Origin: Eledone cirrhosa
Taxonomy: Eukaryota
DNA: 64,000 nt
NCBI GenBank assembly: GCA_964016885.1
Contig: OZ024743.1
Span: 263,376,001 to 263,440,000 of the forward strand
Direction of reading: 5' to 3'
Part shown: positions 29,837 through 44,470 of the stretch, in pieces
How the letters are laid out: the number at the start of each line of letters is the position of its first letter
Position numbering within the stretch: position 1 is the first letter of the stretch
Made by a program: the position numbers and the translations under genes
The notes under the pieces: model-generated
Told to the model about the DNA's origin: nothing
The model's input: only the letters and a program-made list of their open reading frames with translations
The model's database searches: none

Positions 29837-31414
29837 TGGACAGCAATAGAAAGAGAGAAGAGAAAGAGCAAATGACAAAGGGAAATGGTATGCGAGAGAG
29901 AAGATGGTCTAATGAGTGGAATAAAAGCACTAGACAGCACACGACGTCTACAGTTGTGACGTTTTTATTTTTACGGTAGAGCTTATGCTGCTATCAACTA
30001 TCTAAATACAAAAATGAACACGCAGACACACGCAAATCTTGTAGTAGAGAGACAACATAAAAATAATGAACAGTCATAGTCAATTCTGCATGATTGCTAA
30101 TACAATGATTGTTTCTGTAATCTACAGAGATAATGTAGTCCGGTGACTTGACAACTTCTCGCATTCACTTTCACTGTTTTTCTTATTTCTTGAAAAGACA
30201 GAAAAGAAAAACCAAATGAAATAGAATAATAGATAAAAGAAAAAAAATACGTAATTCAACTGTTGGACAGCATAGACTTGTCAGGTACAAAATCAAGAAT
30301 GTAACTGCAGTGATCAAATGTATATAGATTTGCTGTTATGTTCCGCCTAGATCTGTCACATTCGGAGGAGCAGCACACATTAAAATGACAAAATTTGATA
30401 TATAATTCTTCAATTGCTTATGGCAAGCATTTTCCAATTACACCAAGTGGAGACAGTTTTGATTTAAATCTTCCTAAGTAGATAAGAGCATTGCATTCCA
30501 ATCCATTCCACCTTGTTTACACAATAAACTCTCGTCAACGAAATAATTTTATGGGTCAGTGCTTTAATGTTTAATATTCAATCTATTACCATACTACTGC
30601 TTAGTTTTTGGTTACTAATCTTCTACAGTAAAGGATTAATGTACAAACCCACACAACCTACCGAACATATACGCACACCTCTGCCAGCTAAGATTACGTC
30701 TTCATAGACTATAAGTTTGATTGTTTGTTATATTGCTATTGTTGTTGTTAAGTCGACGAAATGGCAGACTCTTTAGAGCTTTGAATAGATTAATTGCAGT
30801 ATTAACTCTGGCTCTTTGTGTTCTGACTTCAAATCCTACCAACGACAACTTTGCCGTTCATCCTTTCGTGATCGATAAATAAAGTCTTGGGAGTTATTTC
30901 TCAATCTCTCTGGATTATTCTCGTGATTCAAAAGATCTAACAGACCATATTGTGCCATGCCGATTCTCCCAGAGAATTATGTTAAAGGTACCGATAATGC
31001 ACACACCAGTTGAATACTCAGTCATTACACGTTAATTAAAAAACTGGTTTGAACTTGTTATTAGGTTAACCATTGCATTCTCACTTTCTATCAACTTCTA
31101 AGATGTGTAGATAAATGTGATACATTTTTTGCTGTCTGAAGATGTATCAGGGGCCCATATCCTTTCGACAACTTTCAGCACTTTATGGAAATAAATGTTT
31201 GCAGCTACGGACGGCGGTTAATAAACGCATTGAAAACTTCAAACATGGTTGTACAAATATCAAGTTTCAAGAATTAGACGGTCTACAGTGAACGATGTTG
31301 TGAGTCAGGTCATTTAAAAAGACAGGGTATTATTGTTGAAGTGGGAAATATATATACAAATTTATTATTGTTCTTGTGAAATCTTCCACAGCAGACATAG
31401 TCACGGTTGTTTAA

Positions 31415-32325
31415 TAACTTCTTCTTCCTCGCCTATTTCTTCCTGAGAGGGTCGAGGAAGAAGAGTCTTCAAACACTCCTTCCAGGGGATCCTTTCAGAA
31501 CCAACAGATTCCAATTGATCTGGCTGGATCCCAAAGCAAAACAAGCCAAGCTCATGGATGTTATCCAACCATCTTGCTCGGAGTCTACCCCTGGGTCTAC
31601 TGTAAATTGGTTTTGAGCGTCAAATCTGTTTAGCGATTCTTTCCTGAGATATTCTAATCGTATGTCCATAGTATCAGAGCTGTTATCTCTTAATTTGGAG
31701 AAGAAGCGGCTCTACCTTGAATAGCTCTCAGATCTACGAGCTACGCACTCTGTCGAGTAACTTTATTCCAAAGACCCTTCGGAGGAACCCCATTTCGGCC
31801 GCTTGTATTCGCAACCGTATTCTTTCGATCATTACCCAAGATTCATGACCATAGGTAAGGGTTGCCACGAATACCAAATAGAAGATAGTGAGTTTCGCTT
31901 TAACGCCTAACCTCCTTCTTCTGATTACCGAATGCTGAAAGTGGCGCATTATTGCACCAGATCCAGTAATTTTTGCACTTAATTCAACCTCCTGCCTTCC
32001 ATCACTGGTAAACCTGGCCCCGAGATACTTGAACGTTTCTACCTGCTTCAGTGGAATTCTTTTCACATGTAGAGTGCACTGCGCAGGCTTCCGTGAGAGG
32101 ACAAGTGTCTCAGTTTTCGCAGCACTAATTTCCATTTTAGCCCTGCAGCACTCGGCATCAAACCTATCGAGTACAAATCGAAGATCAATTTCTGTCGAGT
32201 TAAGTAACACCATATCGTCTGCCATTTCCCACCCTTCTGATTTTACACCTGCCAGTTATGATACCACTTCCAAACCGGTTGCGCATGTCAATCCTGTTCA
32301 TGTAAATAATGAACAGGAGAGGTGA
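31415..32325 (-). pseudogene. 5'-truncated RTE-clade LINE fragment (RT C-terminal part and 3' end)
   Basis: ORF 31734-32225 contains ADDMVLL, KQVETFKYLGARF, LTYGHESW and RIQAAEMGFLRR; (GAA)n-like tail. Confidence 0.9.
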
Positions 32326-33319
32326 TTTAATAACGACAACTTAATTCACATTTAAAGATCAAATTATCAGGGAAGTAATTAAGAAAAGACTACGTCTCGT
32401 GATGTGTTCAAACAAATTCTCTGCCAACTGGAAAAATAAATAACAAGGACTCAAATAATTACAGCAGATAATTAATTACTCTCCCTCGTCTCTTAATGAA
32501 GGATTGCAGTATATGGCCAAACAGAGAACCTAACAAACATTGGATGCTTCTAACTACTAACTATCAATGTCAGTTATCCTATATCAGGTGTGTTCTCTTT
32601 CCTGCAACCACATATTTTGTGCTGGCTCACTCGATGAAGCCAAAGTCACGACTCTCATCCTTCTTTCGAAAATATCACTGGAGAACAACACTACCCTCTC
32701 TAGTTTTGCCTTCTTCAGTTGGGATTTGAAAAAAACTAAGAGCGTTTGACTGAAGAGGGAAACCTCTGTTCTTAATCCATTTAATTATTTCCGTACACTA
32801 CATCTATTGTCTTAACTAGAAAAGAGAGAATGTCAGCCCACCTTTCCTCGAGTAAAAACAGATGGTGAAGTGATTTTTCACGATGAACTCAGTTAACAGT
32901 CGGATCTGTCCTACACGTAACAACAATTATTTGACATAATATTTCAGTAGTGTTCTGAACGAATACGTGAAGGACGAATTTGCGTTGTGTGTGTGTATTG
33001 CGGACAGCATATTTGTGAAATTGTACCTCGAACCGGCAATGCTTCTCAATCTTTTTGTTGAATTATCAGATTAACGATTTCTGCAGAAATTGTCTATAAT
33101 CATTGAGGTAAATCTTGACGGAGACTGGGACGTAGAAACGGTTTCTTATATTTTACTCATGGTTTCTAACACAGTAACAATATTGATTATAACAATTATT
33201 TCCCACTTTGCAACAATATTAATTATAATGATGATCTCCAGCATAAAATCAAGGTTATACGAATGAATTAAGGTATGGTAGGGACTCGTAACGCCCGAGG
33301 AGTCGTAGGGGTGCCATAT

Positions 33320-33610
33320 TGACATACAACGTTTCTAGGGTATTTTATAAACCTGGCAGAGCCCATCTCCTCTCCAGGCCTGAATATAGTAGAGTTCTTT
33401 TAGAGAAGAATAGAGAGAGTGAGAGAAAGGAAGTGAGAAAGAGATATAGAGGAAGAATCGACCTCAGTATTTGACTGGTATGTTTTTATCGATTATGAAT
33501 GGATGAAAGGCAAAGTTGACCTTGGCGGGATTTGAATTCAAGAGCAGAGAGCCGAAATGAATACTACAAACCATTCTATCCTACGATCTAACGACTCTGC
33601 CAATTCGTAC
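33320..33610 (-). mobile_element. SINE variant, paralogue of 18415-18690
   Basis: Shared tail and SINE core ggatgaaaggcaaagttgaccttggcgggatttgaattc. Confidence 0.7.
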
Positions 33611-33829
33611 TTTACTGCTATTTTATATCATTGATCTCGGAAAGTTGATAGGCAAATTTAGCTCAGCAGGATTTTAACTAAGAACGTAAAGGGCCGGTAC
33701 AAATACTTTTAAGGATTTTGTCAATCCAGCATCCTTCACCGATTATAGCGAGCAACCTCTAAACAGCTACTTTATTTTATAGGGTCCGAAAGAGTTGCAG
33801 GCAAATCGTAACAGTAATAAATAAATAGT

Positions 33830-34050
33830 AATAATTGTTTCTAATATTGGCATAAGGTAAGTAGTTAAGAGGTAGAGGAAAGTCAATTAAATCGACCTTA
33901 GTGCATTACTGGTACTTTATTTTAACGATCCCGTAAGGATAATAGGCAAAGCTAACCTCGGCAGGATTTGAACTCAGACGTAAGGGACGTAACTGCATAC
34001 CACAAAGCACATTGTCAGACGCTCTACCTATATTACCAATCCATCACCCT
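33830..34050 (-). mobile_element. tRNA-derived SINE, duplicated at 35235-35452
   Basis: Shares private variants (cagacgtaagggacgtaact.cataccacaaagcacattgtcagacgctctacc) with the second copy. Confidence 0.85.
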
Positions 34051-34056
34051 AATTTT

Positions 34057-34091
<35 letters not shown>

Positions 34092-34092
<1 letters not shown>

Positions 34093-35000
34093 CTTTCTTT
34101 ATTAACCATAAGGGTTTACACAAAGTAGACATTAAGGACAGTACAGGACAATACAGGACGGTACAAATGGGAAATTCTGCGTGTAAAAAAACAAAAAAAT
34201 AGAGGATGTAACAAAAAAAGAACAATGAAAAATTCCCCAATAGGGGTGGGGGGGGGGGGGGACTTCCGAGGGCCATCTTGGAGAAAGCCCATTAAAAAAA
34301 GCCACGGTGACCCTGACCACCAAAGCAAGTGCCCTCTCCCAGTTTTCCACCTTCAGTTTACAGGCATATACTCAGAGTAGGCCCATTCACTCGGGCCATT
34401 CTTGCCTCTCTCACCCATCTTTCAACAAAATGCTGGGAAGAGAGCACTTCCCTCTCTACCCTGATTTTCCTTTTCAAATGAAATTTGAAAAAGTTAATTA
34501 GGGCATCACCGAAGAGCTAAGTGCTCGTCTTCAGCCCTTTCAGACGCGTCCACCATACTATCTCTTTCGCCATGGCCACCAGACAGTTAAAAACTGCCTG
34601 CCCTTACCGGCTAAAGGAAGAGGGCGGGGCAATCCTCACGATGGACTCAGCTGAGAGCCGGATCCGTTCTACACGCGACAGCAGGTGTTCGACATAAACC
34701 CACAAGTCAGCAATGCTCGGACACTGGACGCATCTCGGACATGCCCGGCTGACGGCACTTCCATGCCTGTAGAGTTTATCCCGAACTGGCAAAGCTCCCC
34801 GGTAGCACTGCCAGGCCAGGGATTTCTGGAAATTGTCCATAGGCCCTGGCCAGAAAGTTCTTCCGAAAAGATTGGCTAGTTGATTTTCGTCGACGCTTAG
34901 AGTTCCCCCAAGTACGTCGTCGCTCTTCCCCTCTACTAATCCTCTATAGAACGCCAAGGTGGAGTTTCCACCGATCACATTGCCCGACTGGTCGAGGGTC
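34092..35000 (-). pseudogene. 5'-truncated L1/Tx1-clade LINE (ORF2 C-terminus) inserted in (TAA)n
   Basis: PGPMDNFQKSLAWQCYRGALPVRDKLYRHG...CPRC is homologous to the 50125-51276 ORF; flanked by gtaataataat on both sides. Confidence 0.9.
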
Positions 35001-35027
35001 GTAATAATAATGGTTTCTTTAATAACA

Positions 35028-35452
35028 ATAATTGTTTCTACTTTTGACACAAGGCCAGCAAATACCCAGTGCATTACTGGTACTTTATTTCATCGACCCC
35101 GTAAAGATGAAAGGCAAAGTTAACCTCGGCGGGATTTGAACTCAGAATGGCAAGGGCCGCAACTCTATGCGTCAAAGCATGGCGTCCGACCCTCTACCAA
35201 TACTGCCAATCCACTGCCTTTAATAATAATAATAATGGCTTCTTATATAGGCACAAGGCCAGTAATTTGGGGGAAGGGGAAAGTCGATTAAATCGACCCC
35301 AGTGCGTGACTGGTACTTTATTTTATCAACCCCATAATGATAACAGGCAAAGCTAACCTCGGCAGGATTTGAAATCAGACGTAAGGGACGTAACTACATA
35401 CCACAAAGCACATTGTCAGACGCTCTACCGATATTACCAATCCATCGCCCTA
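35028..35452 (-). mobile_element. Two tandem tRNA-derived SINEs
   Basis: Two SINE cores with A/B boxes on the minus strand. Confidence 0.88.
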
Positions 35453-35761
35453 ATTGTAATAATAATAATAATGGTTTCTTTAATAATAATAAAAATAATT
35501 GAAATAACGAGCTAGGTCATTAGAGTGCTTGAAGTAGCAAAGTGCAACTTTATCTTGGTACAGATGAACTTAAAGAATCTTCACTGTCTCAATGTTAATG
35601 TTGTTGAGAATCAACGAGCATCAGATTGGGGAGATCAAGTGTGAAATTGAAGATAGCGTCAACAGGTTTCCTCAATACATTACACTGCTGGAGGAAAAGG
35701 AGAGATAAAGGAGAGGCGAGGTGAGTGAGCTACAGCGAAAGAGCGGGAGAGTGCAAGATAC

Positions 35762-35812
<51 letters not shown>

Positions 35813-35818
<6 letters not shown>

Positions 35819-36333
35819 TAAGTATGTACACGTACATACATATATGTATACAGACGTACAGTAGTATGTATATATATATATATACACAGATTGTTGAACG
35901 TATATACTTACCTTATGCATATTAACGGCTGAGTAGCCCAATTTGCACACACATATATATATGTATATATGCCGTTAATATGCATAAGGTAAGTATATAC
36001 GTTCAACAATCTGGCAGGAAGGTATACGTTGCTGACGATAGCTAATAAGCTTGAAACTAGTACAGCGTTCCTTTGTCAGTGTTGAACAAACGAGCAACGA
36101 TGGTTACTAGACTCTACGGCTTAATACGGGATGTTTGTTTAGAAACACACCGAGCATTATTATAAATGTTCGATGAATCCATACGTACATATATATATGG
36201 GTGCATGTATGTATATATATATACATACTACTGTACGTCGGTATACATATATGTATGTACGTGTACATACTTATATTTAAGTAACAGCCGTACTAAGAGT
36301 GGGAAATGAAATTTCGTTTCATTTTTTCCGTTT
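35813..36333 (+). mobile_element. HHR-bearing non-coding element (family F1) with nested inverted duplications, in (TA)n
   Basis: 35813-35886 is the reverse complement of ~36210-36278, and 35887-35929 of 35971-36013. 36063-36333 is homologous to 60175-60691. Confidence 0.85.
36026..36068 (+). ncRNA. Minimal hammerhead ribozyme
   Basis: acgttg-CTGACGA-t-AGCT aata AGCT-t-GAAA-CTAG-TA-cagcgt. Palindromic ACTAGT stem III; predicted cleavage after 36062. Confidence 0.85.
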
Positions 36334-36522
36334 ATATATATATATATATACGTAATACAATATGTTGAAAAGGTAACACACTAGAGCGAGATAGTGCGCC
36401 ATCAATAAAACAGGGAAAAACTACCAGTATATGGAATCTATAACCTATGAAAGGCAGGGTAGACACACGATAATTAAAAATATAAATTAAAGTGTATATA
36501 CATATCTTTATAACTATATAAC

Positions 36523-36603
36523 ACACACGTACAAATGCAAAGAGATCTGTTTCGCCAATAAGTTGTTGACAAATGAAATAGCCCATGGTTCATCAGCGTG
36601 TGT
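36523..36603 (-). ncRNA. Type I hammerhead ribozyme with full stem III
   Basis: Minus strand: acacacg-CTGATGA-acca...tggc-GAA-ACAGAT ctctttgc ATTTGT-A-cgtgtgt. 7-bp stem I, GUA triplet, imperfect stem II. Confidence 0.8.
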
Positions 36604-36738
36604 AAGGCTATACATTTCAGACAACTCTAAGAGAATTTAAAGCGACCGTCCAGCTACACGTGGGAGAGAGAAGTCACAGCGTGTTTAGGGCAGTGAACGA
36701 TGTCTGAGGGACGACTTCTTTCTCCCTCGTGTAGCTGG

Positions 36739-36821
36739 ACACACGCTGATGAACCATGGGCTATTTCATTTCTGTCAACAACTTATTGGCGAAACAGATC
36801 TCTTTGGATGTGTACGTGTGT
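36739..36821 (+). ncRNA. Type I hammerhead ribozyme, mirror copy
   Basis: acacacg-CTGATGA-...tggc-GAA-ACAGATC tctttg GATGTGT-A-cgtgtgt. Confidence 0.78.
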
Positions 36822-37066
36822 GTTATATAGTTATAGAGGTATGCATATACACTTTAATTTATATTTTTAATTATCGCGTGTCTACCCTGCCTTTCATAGG
36901 TTATATATTCCATACACTGGTGGTTTTTCCCTGTCTTATTGATGGCGCACTATCTCTCTCTAGTGTGTTACCTTTTCAACATATTCTATTTTAAAGAGCT
37001 CAGGATTCCTTCTCCTTTGAGCACACTATTGATAGCGAGAGTTTATGGCTCCGTTAATTTATCGTG

Positions 37067-37126
<60 letters not shown>

Positions 37127-37129
37127 GTG

Positions 37130-37264
<135 letters not shown>

Positions 37265-37287
37265 ATACTTTGGGAGGGTCATGTTGC

Positions 37288-37337
<50 letters not shown>

Positions 37338-37460
37338 TGTGTGTATATCTACTAAATGAAACTATTGACCTCCAAGTAGCCACTGTCTCACAGCAGGAAA
37401 CGCCCCTTCCTTTCTCTGCCCCACCAATCCAATCATCACCACTGCCAACATCTCCTCTGC

Positions 37461-37523
<63 letters not shown>

Positions 37524-37943
37524 TGCCTACTGCTATCTCAAGGAATTTACCTTCTAATACCAGTACAAGAACTCTCCCTCCCACAACCCACAAAGGTCGT
37601 CAAAACGTACCCAAACTATCATCTACACCTCTCACAACACACACACACACATACACACCCACTCGAAACCCCATCATTTGCCGCTACTCTCTACGCTATA
37701 GAATATGTACGGATAGTGGATGCAAATTCACCCATTTACCTACGACAAAACGGTCTATCCCCACAAACAACAGCCACCACCATAATACATACTGTACTTT
37801 AACACCAACACAACCACCAATAACTCAAACAAGGAATCCACAAATCTTCGCATCGATCGTAACTCCAGCTGGTCCCCAGAGAAACGATCGTAATATGTCT
37901 AATAAATTCTAATTCGTCGCACCACTGATTCTCCGTTTCTTAT

Positions 37944-38000
<57 letters not shown>

Positions 38001-40765
38001 TATATATAGAAAGAGAGAGAGAGAGGGAGAGAGAGAGAGAGGGAGGGAGAGAAAGAGAGCGAGAGAGAGAGAAAGAGGGAAAGATGATGGAGAGAAAGGT
38101 AGATAGTCGGCAGGAGTGAAAGTAGAGAGAGGAGAGAAAGAGAGAAGGAGAGAGAATGAGATAAAGAGAGAGATAGAGAAGAGAAAGAGAGAGAGGGAAA
38201 GAGAGAGTGTGTGAGAGAGGAATCAAGAGAATGAGTGTTGAATATTACAAAATATTTAATATTGGAAAAGGAATACTATCAAATAGAAAAATATTTTTAA
38301 TCATTGATGGATGAGATACCCCCCCCCCCCCCCCAAAAAAAAACTGTTAAGCTCGGAGAACTGGTAAAAAACCATATTTAATATCAGTTAAGAGAATATC
38401 AATGCAGGCAAAAAACAATTACCTTCTCGAACAAAAATCATTTAGAAATGAATACGCTAAAGTTTAATGTAAAGCAAGGAATTGGCAAAGTAAGAACATC
38501 GGATAGATGCTATTTCGAGCTATTCATTCTGCCACTCTCAGTTCAAATCCCGAACTCAACTTTGACTTTCCCCCTTCAGCAGTCTATAAATAAGGTACCA
38601 GTTCAATATTGGGGTGGAGTATTCCTCCTTTTAACATTTTATTTCTTTCTCTTATTCTCTGGAAGAAATCTGGAGAGGGATAGGTTCCGCCAGGTTTAAA
38701 TGTCCATCATATTTTATCACGACAACGCTCGGTATCAGGAACCATGCAAAGTTTAACGTAACTTATTCTATCGTAATGATTATTTTAAAATGTTTTGATA
38801 AAGTATCTTTTCATTTCAGTTCTGTGCTATAAAGGATATTGGTACAAACCCGGACACCTCCAGTAGAAAATATTTATCTGCTTTTCTATGAACACAGGTT
38901 GCTAGCTCTAAGGGACGCCGTTAATGATAGCCCCGACCTAAGGCATTTTATTTACCAACCCTGAAATGATCAAAGGTACAGTTGATGGTGGTGGGATTTG
39001 AACATTGCAATCACAGTGTCGACAAATGTTCTGGTAACGCCTCATATCCTCGCTTAGAGGATGCCGTATGATATATAGATCAAAACACATACACAGAAAC
39101 AAGTAAATGGATTCTCTGTTGGTTTCACCAATGAGTTTACTAATTGTTCGTTTTTCTGAATTGCCTACTCATTGAATTATTGTATAATTCCGCAGTCACA
39201 TGTAACCCTAGTTGTCTAATGCAGAGTCAGTGTTACACACTGAGTGAAAAATCTGAAATTACAAATCTAGTCTATTCGTCAAGGTTCCACAAAAATTGAG
39301 CAAATCCGGAATATGATAAAATGAATACGCCCTCAGTGTCATACTGTGAGACCGAAATTGATGATTTTAAAGCGAACAGCTTAACCACTGCCCTATGCTT
39401 ATGTCCTTATACATATCATACAAGTACATTATTCTCCGGCCGGTTCACCGTTCACTTTCAAGAAGAAGCGATTGCAATTGACTGTAGAAATCTAGATAGG
39501 GAAATATTAGCAGTCAACACAACTTTACACTATAGAAACTAATCTTTCCACTCAAAATAGAATGACAGAAGCAATACTCATAACACAACACAATACAAAA
39601 ATAAACATAGACAGCAGAAACAATTTTAGTATGTTTATGGTGAGAGCTTGAAAAAAATGATCTTCCTCTTTGATAAGAGATATTTTAACTTCATAGACTT
39701 TGCTTAGTTTGTTTATATTGCTGTGTCTATATCGCCACGAAAAAATCTAATTACCAAGAGATGAGTATACACCGTTTAATAAATATTTCTTGCAGATTTA
39801 TTGATATCATTCTTTAACTGCAAAATTTCCCCTTGTAGGTTTTCTATTCCCTGTGTTGTTCTGTATATTTATATTTCGATTAATTTTGTCCTCAATTATG
39901 TTGTACATCTCTCGTTTTTACTATGTTACCGTGTACTCTTATACTTGTCTATATGAGGAATAGATTCTCTTTTAGACATATTGTATTGGAAACGTAATTG
40001 TGTTCCAGTTATATTTTTCATATTTTCGTATGAGTCCACTATCTTAAATTCATGACTGATGGTACATTAATCTGACAGTCAAAATTCAAAACTCGCCCGT
40101 ATGTCTACACGCCAACAACCTGAAGATGTAACTATGAACGTCAAGAAATATTGATGATAGATTCAGGAACTTTACTGCTAAAAACAAACACACAAAAAAT
40201 AAAACAATACTGCTAGAAATTCATACGATATCAAGAAAAAGATAACAAAAATAAAAATTTATAATATGACTAAGTAGAACAGAATCGTGTGTTAAATACA
40301 ACACACAAATACATGCACACACACACACATGCATACTCACACACATATATATATAAGCGTGTGTTCGTCAGGGGAAAATGTTGATATGTATAAGATTGTA
40401 TATGCATGAATGTGTATGAGTTTTATACTGAATACAATATTATACAAGTTGGTATAAATTCGTTGCAATTAAAATATATTTATCAGAGATGCACCATTGA
40501 TAATGAAATTATGAAAAAAAAAAGCAATACGAAAAAGAAGAGAAATAGACTTCACTGAAAATACTACAAATAATCGTCATGTATGTTTCACTTACTATTC
40601 TTATGACAGTGTAATATTATTTGTCTGGCTGAAGCCATGTTGGACCTGACAGTATTTTCTATATATTCAAATACAGTAGCAAGTGTGGGGAACGACAAAT
40701 AGAATATAAAATGTTTGAATATTTCGACATGTAAAATAAATAGATACATGGCAATCTATCAATTG

Positions 40766-41443
40766 GTGATAATCCCAATTTTCAAAAAGGGAGACAAGAG
40801 AGATTATTCCAATTACAGAGATATCTTGTTAAGCCTCCCCGGTAAAGTCTATGTTAAGTGTCTGGTAAAGAGATGTAGGGAGATTGTTGAATCCAATCTA
40901 GCTGAGCAACAAGGTAGTTTTCTCCCCGGACGCAGCACAGCCGACCAAATATTCACACAACGGCAGGTATTGGAGAAATCGTGGGAGTATTGCCAAGAGG
41001 TGTATTCTTGTTTTGTCGGCCTTGAAAAGGCATATGACCGCGTTCCTCGCTCGGGACCTGCTGCGGAAGGTTCTGTAGGAGTGTGGGATCGAAGGTCAGC
41101 TTTTTGCTGCCGTGATGTCTCTATACGAATTCCCAAGTATTTGTGTGTGGATAAATGGTGCTAAATCAAAAGCCTCAATGTGGGAGTTGGACTCTGCCAA
41201 GGGTGCGTACTGTCACCTCTCCTGTTCATTATTTACATTAACAGGATTGATATGCGCAGCCGGTTTGGAAGTGGTATCATGACTGGCGGGTGTAAAATCC
41301 GTCGGCTAGAGTTTGCAGACGACATGGTGTTACTTAATTCGACAGAAGCTGATCTTCGACTCTTGTACTCGATAGGTTTGATGCTGAGTGGTGCATGGCT
41401 GGAATAAAAATCAGTGCTGCGAAAACTGAGACACACATCCTCG

Positions 41444-41445
<2 letters not shown>
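40766..41445 (+). pseudogene. RTE-clade LINE RT fragment, same family as 31415-32325
   Basis: IIPIFKKGDKRDYSNYR, GRSTADQIF, LEKAYDRVPR, GLCQGCVLSPLLF and FADDMVLL, with frameshifts. Confidence 0.92.
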
Positions 41446-41504
<59 letters not shown>

Positions 41505-41507
<3 letters not shown>

Positions 41508-41813
41508 AAACCAATAACTTGCAGGCCCCTGCAAGTGGATTTTGTTGATTTCGGATTTACAGCAACCTAGCGGAGATATTGTATAATATCAACGCGATGG
41601 TCCAGGTTTGTCATATTTTCCTGAGTCAGTTTTTTTCGTTGCTTTGGTCACTGCGGCTGGCTTATCGGTCGCTGTCTTCAATTTGCAAAGCTGTCTAAAC
41701 GTAATGTTATGACTCTAAGGTAATATACCCTATTGAGTGCTTAGCTGCACATCCCGATTGCATTTGTTAGCTTGGCTGCAGCCAGAGCTTCGATTATGCT
41801 GTAATAACTTTTG

Positions 41814-41818
<5 letters not shown>
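41505..41818. mobile_element. (TA)n-embedded element, divergent relative of 57901-58604 in opposite orientation
   Basis: attgagtgcttagctgcacatcccga...ttggctgcagcca...tttgtatt aligns by eye with the reverse complement of 57901-57985. Confidence 0.55.
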
Positions 41819-41870
<52 letters not shown>

Positions 41871-42116
41871 TTTTTCACACTAACATATCCATTCGTCCTT
41901 CTGATTTAGCGCTCCTCCAGCCTTGGATATTTATTGCGAATTCAAAATACACTATATATATATACATATATATTTATATCTGTCACTTCCTCTGTCCCCT
42001 GCCTCGAGGGATCGCCCACGTATCAACTTGTTTATGCCAAAAAGGAGGTAACCCAGAAGTTGACCATTAAGTGTCACCCAGGGGTCAAGGTGTGGACAGT
42101 TTTCGCTACACACACC

Positions 42117-42186
<70 letters not shown>

Positions 42187-42310
42187 TGTATGTATAGTAT
42201 ATTTGGCAATATACCGTATGTTTAATTTAAAATATTTAGAAGACCATACGCTATCAGTTTTAAAGTAGTGACTATGTCACTTACATATTTTCGGCGAAAG
42301 AAGGGAGAGA

Positions 42311-42352
42311 AGCTGACAGTCTGTTTGACACTGGTTGGCGTTCATCAGAGCC
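42311..42352 (-). ncRNA. Hammerhead motif with catalytic G12 lost (probably inactive)
   Basis: Minus strand: ggct-CTGATGA-ACGC caacca GTGT-cAAA-CAGACTG-TC-agct. Confidence 0.6.
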
Positions 42353-42460
42353 ACGCATTCCCCTGCTTCCGCAGGAAATTATAGAAGCTGGATTCTTATA
42401 GAATTAGGGACTGATTGTACAGAGTGATTACCGGTCCATATATATATATATATATATATA

Positions 42461-43462
<1,002 letters not shown>

Positions 43463-43691
43463 TAGCAACGTTGCACATGAAATGACAAACTAAATACATG
43501 GGACGCATCTAGAAAATGGATGCAATTTCGTGCATAAGGGGGATTTTGCATAATACTGTGTCAAGTTTGCAGAGCCGTTTAGTACAAACTGTCGGAAAAT
43601 GCGTGAGGTTTGTTTCTGTATGTGTGCGCAAATATAGTGAATTTGTGTGTATGATGAGTGAAGGAATGTGCTCTGGTGAGTAGAATATCTT

Positions 43692-43804
<113 letters not shown>

Positions 43805-44249
43805 AACAAGCCTCAATGATCAGAAATTCATGTTATACGATTTCAATTTAGTAGAAATTATAAAATGATACCATTTTTTCATTTAGTATGAGACTAAATT
43901 CGATTTAACATGTTTTTTTTTATGCGCGCAAATTATAATCTGCACCTCATGTAAAAATCCTTTACAACAAAAACAATCATTGTAATAATAAAAAAATACA
44001 TTTTCATTGTCTTTCGGTGTTTCTATCAAATTAAAAAAAATACGTTGAACACTCTTAAATATTTATTGCACATTTTCAGTGAGATGGAACCAATTGCCAT
44101 ATTTTATAGGTTGTAATAATGTGGAATTATACAAATTCAATATGTACGAAGATTAATTACTCATACTAAATGAGGCATTGCTATGTGTGTGAGTGCTTGT
44201 ATGTATGGGTTTGCGTGAATATGTGCGTGTATATATTAAAATCTGTGCT

Positions 44250-44470
44250 TCATTGTGGTTAAGGTGCTCTGCTCGTGTTCATAAGGTGGCGAGTTCGATC
44301 CGGGCGGCGCGTTGTGTCCTTGAGCAAGTCATTTTATTTTATATTGCTCGAGTACACGCAAATGTCAAAAATGAGTTTAATCTCTATTTTAATAGGCCAG
44401 TGTTGTCACGTACTGTGTAACGCTAAATCTCCCTGAGAATTATGTTGAGGGTACACTTGTCTATGGAGTG
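44250..44470 (+). mobile_element. tRNA-derived SINE with CORE-like domain
   Basis: tgtggttaagg (A box), gagttcgatcc (B box), then tgtgtccttgagcaag; its 3' part resembles 30950-31020. Confidence 0.7.

Larger units (their letters stand above)
36359..36985. repeat. Fold-back palindrome (~270-bp arms) carrying an HHR in each arm
   Basis: 36359-36603 plus 36648-36675 is the reverse complement of 36713-36985. The ORF track shows near-identical peptides on opposite strands (36332-36586 minus, 36749-36994 plus). Confidence 0.95.
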
